Source: a virus. From it: a DNA stretch of 40,887 bases. Every line of letters begins with the position of its first letter. The stretch's first letter is position 1. Made by a program: the position numbers and the translations under genes. Shown piece by piece: positions 1-6,418 of the stretch. The notes under the pieces were generated by a model. It saw only the letters and a list, made by a program, of their open reading frames with translations. It did not search any database and was not told where the DNA came from. Where the stretch lies: IMG/VR virus record IMGVR_UViG_3300045988_136193; one strand, written 5' to 3'.

Positions 1-51
1 GAAATGGTGCCGATTATGTGACTCGAACACACGACCCACGCATTACGAATG
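1..51 (-). repeat. att core direct repeat (left copy). It reads as the 3' portion of a tRNA-Thr(CGT)-like gene on the minus strand.
   Basis: Positions 1-51 are identical to 40837-40887. The reverse complement reads as an anticodon stem-loop (loop TTCGTAA, anticodon CGT), a T-arm (GTGTG/TTCGAGT/CACAT), an acceptor 3' strand, a discriminator A and CCA. Confidence 0.8.
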
Positions 52-135
52 CGTTTTTCACTCTTTTAATTTCCGTTAATTTCTTTTAATTCGCAACAAT
101 AAAACCCTTGATTTTACTTATATTTTAGATATACT

Positions 136-204
136 GCTTTTAATTTCCGTTAATTTCTTTTAATTGCTTTTAATTATAAAATTAGGGACAGATTAGGGAC
201 AGAT
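136..204. promoter_or_regulatory. P'-arm-type integrase-binding repeats (attagggacag x2 plus a ttttaatttc block) just upstream of int
   Basis: A 57-bp block at 148-204 is near-identical to 40707-40763. The tandem 11-mer attagggacag occurs at 181-191 and 192-202. A partial copy, ttttaatttccgttaatttcttttaatt, lies at 64-91. Confidence 0.6.
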
Positions 205-208
205 TTAT

Positions 209-1459
209 ATGGTTAATAAAGCTACAAAACAAAAAACTAAATTTAAGGGCGTATATTACCGCCAACACCCAACACGTAGAAATGGTGTTCGGTATGATAG
301 ATATTTTATTATCCGTTATTCTATAAACGGTAAACAGCGTGATGAGGGGTATGGTTGGGAATCAGAGGGCTATACTGAAGCTAAAGCCGCCGCCGAAGTG
401 GAAACAATCCGCAATAATATAAAAAACAAAACCGGTTATTTTAGCCTTAAAGAAAAGGTAGAAATTGCCGAGGCAGAAAAGAAAGCCACCGACGCCGCAC
501 TTATTATACAAGAAAGAGAAAATATAACTTACCGGCAATTTTATGAGAACATATACAAACCAAGCTATATTGATAAAAATAAACCAAAAGAGGGGAAAGT
601 TGGCGCACATATAAATCATATATTACCAGTTATTGGCAATATGCGCCTGATTGATATTAAGCCGATACACCTTGAAACAATTAAAGCTAATATGACAGCT
701 GCCGGACGCGCTCCAGCAAGTGTTAATAAAGTGCTTGTATATATAAGTCACGTATTTAATATGGCTAAAAATAATGATTATTTTGCAGGTGATAATCCTG
801 TTTCAAAAGTAAAAAAAATAAAGATAGATAATAGACGCATACGTTTTTTATCCAAAGAGGAGGCGGCAAAACTCTTTGAAAGGTTAAGCAAAATGGAAAA
901 GCCTACTGTTTTTGATATGTCTTTACTTGCTCTGTGTTGTGGTTTGCGTGCTGGCGAGATTTTTAAATTACAAGCGGTAGATATAAACTTTAGTATTCGT
1001 CGCCTTTATGTTCGTGATCCAAAGGGTGTAGTTAATAGGGCTTTACCTTTGCCACAAATTGTGTTTGATATGTTGCGCCGCCGGTGCGCCGGATTAAAGC
1101 CCGATGATTATTTATTTATGAAAACAGACGGTTCAAAGCATATAAATAGTGTCTCAGACCAGTACCAGCGTATAGCAGATAGTCTTTTTAATCAAAATAT
1201 TACAGACAGCCGCAATAAAGTAGTATTTCATACATTACGCCACACCTTTGCCTCTTGGCTTGCAATGGACGGCGTGGATATTAACACTATTAGTGAGCTG
1301 ATGGGACACGCCACACTTGAGATGACAAAGCGTTATATGCACCTTGCCCCTAACAAATTTGACAGCGCTGTAACGTGTTTAGAAAATCCATTATCAATGG
1401 AAAATATCAGCGGCACACTTACTCATTCAGCCACACAACCACAATCAAAAGAGTTTTGA
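209..1459 (+). CDS. int: Tyrosine recombinase / phage integrase
   Basis: The C-terminal catalytic region reads HTLRHTFASWLAMDGVDINTISELMGHATLEMTKRYMHL, giving the R..H..R..Y signature. The gene sits next to the att repeat. Confidence 0.95.
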   Translation: MVNKATKQKTKFKGVYYRQHPTRRNGVRYDRYFIIRYSINGKQRDEGYGWESEGYTEAKAAAEVETIRNNIKNKTGYFSLKEKVEIAEAEKKATDAALIIQERENITYRQFYENIYKPSYIDKNKPKEGKVGAHINHILPVIGNMRLIDIKPIHLETIKANMTAAGRAPASVNKVLVYISHVFNMAKNNDYFAGDNPVSKVKKIKIDNRRIRFLSKEEAAKLFERLSKMEKPTVFDMSLLALCCGLRAGEIFKLQAVDINFSIRRLYVRDPKGVVNRALPLPQIVFDMLRRRCAGLKPDDYLFMKTDGSKHINSVSDQYQRIADSLFNQNITDSRNKVVFHTLRHTFASWLAMDGVDINTISELMGHATLEMTKRYMHLAPNKFDSAVTCLENPLSMENISGTLTHSATQPQSKEF

Positions 1460-1635
1460 AAGCTCAGTTTATCCAAGCCAACCACCGCTTTTACCTCAGT
1501 AAAGCATTTACGGCTATAAAATTCACTTTTCTTACCCTTATTAAATTCCGATACAGGGCGGTGATACCCCATTACGCGTGTCCATATTTCGCATTTTTGC
1601 CGTTCTTCATCTTTTAATTCTATGTTATTTGCCAT
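1423..1635 (-). CDS. Small (about 70 aa) NrdD-like glycyl-radical-domain protein
   Basis: The motif TRVMGYHRPVSEFNKGKKSEFYSR resembles the RVCGY....WNxGKxxE...R glycyl-radical loop at the C-terminus of class III ribonucleotide reductase. An ATG at 1635 follows a GGAGGT RBS. The 1662 start in the ORF track is probably an N-terminal extension. Confidence 0.55.
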   Translation of the reverse strand: MANNIELKDEERQKCEIWTRVMGYHRPVSEFNKGKKSEFYSRKCFTEVKAVVGLDKLSFQNSFDCGCVAE

Positions 1636-1685
1636 TGTCATTACCTCCATTAAATCTGCCACCGGATAATTAGAAAAATTAAGCC

Positions 1686-1922
1686 TTAATTCTTTTCCTT
1701 ACATAGTTCAAGTTCCTGTCTCAATTTATCAATCCGTCCGATCCATTCCCAAGTGTTGGGGTATTCGTCCGCCGTCAAATTTTCCAATTCTGCCGCCACA
1801 GACGCGCCAGCAATAGGATAAACAGGGCAAAAGTCATAATGTACCGTTACGCATTGATGAGAGCAAGCTATCACGCTTTGCGTTAGGACGGCTATAAATA
1901 ACAGCCTTAGCCTTTGCCACAT
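1686..1922 (-). CDS. Outer-membrane spanin (Rz1-like lipoprotein), overlapped with the i-spanin
   Basis: A signal peptide with lipobox VIAC is present. The gene overlaps the 3' end of the upstream TM protein in another frame, matching the classic Rz/Rz1 arrangement, and sits in the lysis cassette. Confidence 0.55.
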   Translation of the reverse strand: MWQRLRLLFIAVLTQSVIACSHQCVTVHYDFCPVYPIAGASVAAELENLTADEYPNTWEWIGRIDKLRQELELCKEKN

Positions 1923-2100
1923 CTTCGACCTCCTTTTGTTTAGCCTTTGTTGTAATTACCACTTGTTGCACGGCTTTTAATTCGCATTCAGCGGCAACAC
2001 GTTTTTCAACTTGCCGGTTACTCCACCAAAAAAACAAGCTAAGCCCCACCGCTAAACATACAGCACGTAGGATTATATCAATTATTTTCGCTTTCATCAT
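1834..2100 (-). CDS. Inner-membrane spanin (Rz-like)
   Basis: There is an N-terminal TM segment (IIDIILRAVCLAVGLSLFFWW) followed by a charged, helical periplasmic part. The gene is downstream of the holin and endolysin and overlaps the lipoprotein ORF. Confidence 0.55.
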   Translation of the reverse strand: MMKAKIIDIILRAVCLAVGLSLFFWWSNRQVEKRVAAECELKAVQQVVITTKAKQKEVEDVAKAKAVIYSRPNAKRDSLLSSMRNGTL

Positions 2101-2425
2101 CGCACTTACCCCTTACAATATCCACTAAAGATTTTATTGTATGTAAAGGTTTATTCGCCAAAAGCCTCAGCAAGCCGCCAACGCTATCAAATATTTCACG
2201 ACTAAACGAACAACATCCACCTATGATTGCGAAAGTCAAATATTCGTTGACATCTAAGCCCATACATATATTACCCACAATCAAGCTCAGCGTAATAGAC
2301 GCAAACACCTTTTTCACTTTATCGGTGGTTGATAGCTGTTCTCCACTCCAAAATACCGATAAAACGCCAAACACTGCGCCAACAACACCAAACTCAAGCA
2401 ACAATTCTTTTATCGCCTTAAACAT
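2078..2425 (-). CDS. Holin (three predicted TM segments, charged C-terminus)
   Basis: The protein is 115 aa with hydrophobic segments LLLEFGVVGAVFGVLSVFW, VFASITLSLIVGNICMGL and LTFAIIGGCC, and a charged tail. It lies immediately downstream of the endolysin. Confidence 0.65.
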   Translation of the reverse strand: MFKAIKELLLEFGVVGAVFGVLSVFWSGEQLSTTDKVKKVFASITLSLIVGNICMGLDVNEYLTFAIIGGCCSFSREIFDSVGGLLRLLANKPLHTIKSLVDIVRGKCDDESENN

Positions 2426-2438
2426 TCCTTATACCCCA

Positions 2439-2879
2439 CTAATCAATATTATTAAAAAACAAGTGGTCTCCGATAACCACGCACGGTGTTTTACCTTTTG
2501 CCCAATTCGGTTGTACGCAAGCCTTAGGATTATAATAGTGCGTAGCGCCTTTGGTTATATCCTCAATTTCACCATCGCAAACCTTTTGTGCAATATCTAA
2601 ACATTCCGCAAATTTTGGATTCGCGGTTGTTACCTGTATAATGATTTTCCGGTTAGGATCGTTTTTGTTCCAGCAAGAAAATTGCCACGGTCTCAAGCAA
2701 GTTGCCGCAATCGTAGCCACCTTGTAGTTACCGATATTACGCCAACCGCACATTTTTTTACGTTTTACTCTATTTAAAACAACACAGGCAACGGCTATTT
2801 TGCCTTGCCTGCTTTCACCACGAGCTTCGCCATATAGCGTGCGAGCAAGTGTCTCTACATCATTAAAATTATACTCCAT
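2439..2879 (-). CDS. Endolysin, SleB/CwlJ-like cell-wall hydrolase (Hydrolase_2 family)
   Basis: The signature reads ARTLYGEARGE...AVACVVLNRV. An ATG at 2879 follows an AGGA RBS. The 2909 start in the ORF track is TTG. Confidence 0.85.
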   Translation of the reverse strand: MEYNFNDVETLARTLYGEARGESRQGKIAVACVVLNRVKRKKMCGWRNIGNYKVATIAATCLRPWQFSCWNKNDPNRKIIIQVTTANPKFAECLDIAQKVCDGEIEDITKGATHYYNPKACVQPNWAKGKTPCVVIGDHLFFNNID

Positions 2880-2958
2880 TGCCTTTATCCTTATAAATGG
2901 TAAAGGCAATACTTTTTGGCATTAAGTCTTATAATAATACTATATCTGTTTTCAAGAT

Positions 2959-3129
2959 TTAATCAATACATTTTATTTTGTTATAATCAGCAAGCGTGAT
3001 GTATTTACCAACACAAGCCGCCAACTCACTATCAGATAAATAACCCATTTCATAAAGGCGCGCTATACTTTTGGCTATCTTACAACCCTTGACAATAGCC
3101 AAAACAGCGGTGTCAAATTCGGTGTTCAT
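2959..3129 (-). CDS. Small hypothetical protein (56 aa), below the ORF-track cutoff
   Basis: An ATG-to-TAA ORF (MNTEFDTAVLAIVKGCKIAKSIARLYEMGYLSDSELAACVGKYITLADYNKIKCID) fills the gap between the endolysin and the RT-downstream ORF. No homology was recognised. Confidence 0.25.
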   Translation of the reverse strand: MNTEFDTAVLAIVKGCKIAKSIARLYEMGYLSDSELAACVGKYITLADYNKIKCID

Positions 3130-3412
3130 CTTCCGGTGCGTCCTTTAATTCAGCTTCAAGTTTGCGAATTTCTTGGCGGCGTTCGTCAGCTGTCTGTTCT
3201 ATAACCTCGTATTTGTCAAACATTGGCAAATCAACATCCGGGAACAGTTCACGGAATTTTCGCGCCAATTCCCAAGTAACTTTCCTTGCTGAATAATCGT
3301 ATGCGGCTAATTCTTGATGACAAGCATTTAACCGACATTCAATTTCAGATTTTGTTTTCTTTTTTCCATCCATAGTTTTGTTTCCTTTCCAAATAAACGG
3401 CGCATATTCCAA
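3113..3412 (-). CDS. Hypothetical protein downstream of the DGR RT, possibly a DGR accessory. The start may be Met14 at 3373.
   Basis: An ORF overlaps the 3' end of the RT gene. It is charged and helical. No family was recognised. Confidence 0.3.
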   Translation of the reverse strand: MEYAPFIWKGNKTMDGKKKTKSEIECRLNACHQELAAYDYSARKVTWELARKFRELFPDVDLPMFDKYEVIEQTADERRQEIRKLEAELKDAPEDEHRI

Positions 3413-4533
3413 ACAGTCCGCCGGGCGTTGCGCCGTAACATTGAGCCTGCCCAGCTTTCAAACGATTGTTGAAGTTCTTTTGCGCCTATCTTTCCGGCTC
3501 TCCACAATCGTATTTGTTTCTTAACCTTTCGGCGTTCTCTTGTAATGTTGCGCCGATAAGGTTTTTTGATGATTTTTCCTTTATCCGTAAAATGAAAAAC
3601 TGTTTTTAAGTATTTGAAACAGTTTCTTAAATTAACAATTTTTGTTTTATTCGGGGATAAGGTTATTTTTAATTTTTCGCAAAAACGCTTTATAATGGCT
3701 ATTGCTTTTAATAAAAGTTTTTTATCTTTGGCAATTATATAGCTGTCGTCCATATACCGACCAAAGAAAATACCGTGTCCGATACATTCAGCAATAGCGT
3801 GGTCTATAACGTTCGGGAAAATTATAGCGTGCATTTGCGAGGTTTCAGAGCCAAGCCCCAGTCCTTTATCTCCGTAAGCGTCAACAAGGTCATCAATCAA
3901 TTTTAAAAGCCTTTTATCCTTAAAATATTTACGATAAAGAGCCTTTAAGGCTGGGTGGTCTATGTTTTCAAAATATCCTTTATAGTCCACCAACAGGATA
4001 TAACCGTTGTTTCCATACTTATTGAAGTGCCTTGTTAAATGCTTGATTAACCGATTTTGAGAAAATATAACACCTTTTCCTTTTTGACTTGCGCCGTTGT
4101 CATAAACAAGCGACCGCGTATAAACCGGATATAAAACATTTTTGCATAAAGCCTTTTGCACGATTCGTTCATAAAAACGCACCGCTGAAATATGGCGTAT
4201 TTTGCCGCGTTCGCAAATCGTAAATTTTGAAAAACCTTTTCTAATATCTTTTCCGTCCGTCATATCCCGATAAAGTCTTTCGGTGTTTAACAGCTGATGA
4301 ATACTCCAACTTTGGACGCTGGACTTCCATAAAACATTCTTCTTAGCTAAATCAGCGGCTTCAAATAAATTTATGCGATTGCATACGTTTGCATAATTAT
4401 CATATTTTTCTAAAAACAATTTGCGCCGTTTTATTCTTTTTGCTAAACGGCGTTCAAATCTTTTACTTCGTCTTGTCATAAAATACCTTAAAAAAATAAA
4501 CTTTGCGAGGCACCGAACGGAATTATACCACAT
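3328..4533 (-). CDS. Reverse transcriptase, diversity-generating retroelement type
   Basis: RT motifs are present: YILLVDYKGYFENIDH, LGLGSETSQ (the DGR-specific [ILV]GxxxSQ) and FFGRYMDDSYII (YxDD). The likely start is the ATG at 4479 after an AAGG RBS. The gene is adjacent to the TR. Confidence 0.9.
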   Translation of the reverse strand: MWYNSVRCLAKFIFLRYFMTRRSKRFERRLAKRIKRRKLFLEKYDNYANVCNRINLFEAADLAKKNVLWKSSVQSWSIHQLLNTERLYRDMTDGKDIRKGFSKFTICERGKIRHISAVRFYERIVQKALCKNVLYPVYTRSLVYDNGASQKGKGVIFSQNRLIKHLTRHFNKYGNNGYILLVDYKGYFENIDHPALKALYRKYFKDKRLLKLIDDLVDAYGDKGLGLGSETSQMHAIIFPNVIDHAIAECIGHGIFFGRYMDDSYIIAKDKKLLLKAIAIIKRFCEKLKITLSPNKTKIVNLRNCFKYLKTVFHFTDKGKIIKKPYRRNITRERRKVKKQIRLWRAGKIGAKELQQSFESWAGSMLRRNARRTVWNMRRLFGKETKLWMEKRKQNLKLNVG

Positions 4534-4725
4534 ACTGCCACAACATAAAACAAGCGTCCGTCCGCGTTTTTCTTGCTATGCACTCTCAATTTTTGAGGGC
4601 GACCGTTGTTCAGCGTCAAAGTTCCTATTCGTTTCTAATGAAAACAGGTTTAACGTTCCTTCCTCTTAAATGCACGGTGTTCGGCTGTTTCCAGCTTACT
4701 AAGACAGGCTTTAAGAAATTTTTTA

Positions 4726-4852
4726 GGAATCAGAGCGGCGCACGAATCCAAGTGTTGGACGTATTGTTAGTGTTAGAAATACCGTTGCCGTTGACATTGC
4801 CAGCGATTGCAGAAGTACCACCGGACACAGAGCAGAGCCACCAGTTCACACG
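4726..4852 (-). repeat. DGR template repeat (TR), noncoding, between avd and RT
   Basis: This 127-bp repeat is homologous to 5359-5485. All 12 differences are plus-strand T in the TR, which is A on the coding minus strand, versus A/G/C in the VR. No non-adenine substitutions occur. Confidence 0.9.
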
Positions 4853-4881
4853 CGCGCAGATACAACATTAAACCTTATTGT

Positions 4882-5289
4882 TTACGCGGAAATAATCTTC
4901 GCATTTTGGCTTGCGCCCTTAATAAGATTTATTTCATCAAACAACAAACTTGTTATTTGTTTCAAATTTTCCGCATTAACGCTTTGTATAGTCCGCACCA
5001 TACAAAGCATTTTATTTTCCAGTTGATAGCAGTTAATTAGTGCTTGTTGCAAATATTTCTTGCGAAGTGTTAATTTTTCTTCCGTATTCGGAAATATTGT
5101 GTTTGAGGCAACAACATTATCTAATAACTCACTAACTTTTAAAATAGCGTCTTGAGCTAACATATAACGCCATTTTTTGGGGACGTGGTTGTCATTCATT
5201 AAATATTGGATAACCGCAACTTGTAGTTTTTGAGCCGTAACTATATATTGAAGTTTTGTTGTTTTACGGTCTTTTGCATATACTGACAT
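4882..5289 (-). CDS. avd: Avd-like accessory variability determinant
   Basis: The protein is 135 aa, basic and helical. It sits between the target gene/VR and the TR/RT in the canonical DGR order VR-avd-TR-RT. Confidence 0.6.
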   Translation of the reverse strand: MSVYAKDRKTTKLQYIVTAQKLQVAVIQYLMNDNHVPKKWRYMLAQDAILKVSELLDNVVASNTIFPNTEEKLTLRKKYLQQALINCYQLENKMLCMVRTIQSVNAENLKQITSLLFDEINLIKGASQNAKIISA

Positions 5290-5313
5290 TTTTTAGTAAC
5301 CTTTAAAAGAATA

Positions 5314-5337
5314 GCGGTCGGGATAATACCCGACCGC
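5314..5337 (-). promoter_or_regulatory. GC-rich hairpin immediately downstream of the VR, a DGR homing hairpin/cruciform candidate
   Basis: A perfect 9-bp inverted repeat gcggtcggg/cccgaccgc with a 6-nt loop lies about 20 bp 3' of the VR end, in the avd-target intergenic space. Confidence 0.6.
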
Positions 5338-5347
5338 CGTTTTAGTG

Positions 5348-6391
5348 TTAAGCGATATGGAAGCAGAGCGGCGCACGAATCCAAGTGTTGGACGTAATGG
5401 TAGTGTCAGAAATACCGTCGCCGGTGACACCGCCAGCGACCGCAGAAGCACCACCGGACACAGAGCAGAGCCACCAGTACACACGACCAAACAATAACCG
5501 CCCACGATAACCGGCAGATTTAAATAGCGGCCATTGACACCACGGACCATAATTTTCGCATTGTGGAAATGTTGACTTTACCGAATGAATCATTCCGCCG
5601 TATGCTTCAATTTCAGACGGCGCAAAAATAAGCCCACGTCCTACCCACGCTTGCCCGTTATCATCATTCAATGCGGCAGTTGCAGAATAACGTATTCCCA
5701 TATGCACGCGCTGTTCTACCATACGCGAGCGCAATTTAGAACTGAATAGTTGATAATATCCAGCACCGGCGGCATTATAGCCGCAAGCCCCGACAGGATT
5801 TGAGCTTGCATTGTTTACGCCGTTCAATACCGCATAAAGTTTACTCGCAATCCACGGGTGCGAAGAATACGCCGAACCGTTGTTATTGTTGGTATCATTC
5901 CACGTTACATTCTCATCAGCCAATGAAAAACAGGTAAAATGATGAGGCATTTCCGTGTCGCCAGTTCCATAATAAAGGTCAATACCGGCAATATAAATCT
6001 TTTTATTTTTGGCGGCAATAGCATTTCCGGCAACCGTTCCGGCAGACATACTGTCATAAAAATAGTCCCCCGGATAAATACCGGCAAAGTTATTTGTTGC
6101 CGCGCGTGCGTGCAACCAATCGGCAACATTGCCATATTTAGCAATTTCCGCGGCAAATTTTTCTTGCAGGTTTACACCATCATAAATCCCTTGAGCTATT
6201 TTTTGAGCTATTTTCGCCTCAGATTGCAAGCCCAATAAAGAATTATACTTAGTAACACCGTCTCCTATTTTAATTTCCCCGGTGTCTGTTTCATAAAAAA
6301 ATTCGCCTAAACGCAAAACCTCGTTTTGTGATTTTGCCGCCGCACTAGAGCTTTGACGTACTCTAATGCGTCTTGTAATTACATCAGTCAT
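5348..6391 (-). CDS. DGR target: distal tail fiber / receptor-binding protein with a C-terminal variable region
   Basis: The N-terminus has the motif LGEFFYETDTGEIKIGDGVTKYNSL, common in phage tail-fiber N-termini. The C-terminal ~42 residues are encoded by the VR. Confidence 0.8.
   Translation of the reverse strand: MTDVITRRIRVRQSSSAAAKSQNEVLRLGEFFYETDTGEIKIGDGVTKYNSLLGLQSEAKIAQKIAQGIYDGVNLQEKFAAEIAKYGNVADWLHARAATNNFAGIYPGDYFYDSMSAGTVAGNAIAAKNKKIYIAGIDLYYGTGDTEMPHHFTCFSLADENVTWNDTNNNNGSAYSSHPWIASKLYAVLNGVNNASSNPVGACGYNAAGAGYYQLFSSKLRSRMVEQRVHMGIRYSATAALNDDNGQAWVGRGLIFAPSEIEAYGGMIHSVKSTFPQCENYGPWCQWPLFKSAGYRGRLLFGRVYWWLCSVSGGASAVAGGVTGDGISDTTITSNTWIRAPLCFHIA
5359..5485 (-). repeat. DGR variable repeat (VR) at the 3' end of the distal tail-fiber gene
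   Basis: The sequence matches the TR except at 12 TR-adenine positions. It encodes the last ~42 residues of the 347-aa protein. Confidence 0.9.
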
Positions 6392-6418
6392 AGTTTATAT
6401 CCTCTATTAAAATTTAAG

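Noticed and set aside
1-51. The terminal 51-bp repeat as a pure assembler artefact with no biological meaning
   Set aside because: The repeat is a tRNA 3' half with an adjacent integrase and arm-type sites, which is exactly what an att core looks like. A circular-contig origin of the duplication remains possible and is noted in the findings.
362-619. Antisense 85-aa ORF inside the integrase gene
   Set aside because: It lies fully within and opposite the well-supported int CDS. It is hydrophobic nonsense and has no RBS.
4503-5040. Plus-strand ORFs 4503-4871 and 4807-5040 overlapping the TR and avd
   Set aside because: They are antisense to the DGR cassette and span the noncoding template repeat. 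There is no RBS, and they are reading-frame artefacts.
5293-5550. Minus-strand 85-aa ORF across the VR in another frame
   Set aside because: It overlaps the 3' end of the 347-aa target gene out of frame. It is explained by the VR's repetitive GC-rich sequence.
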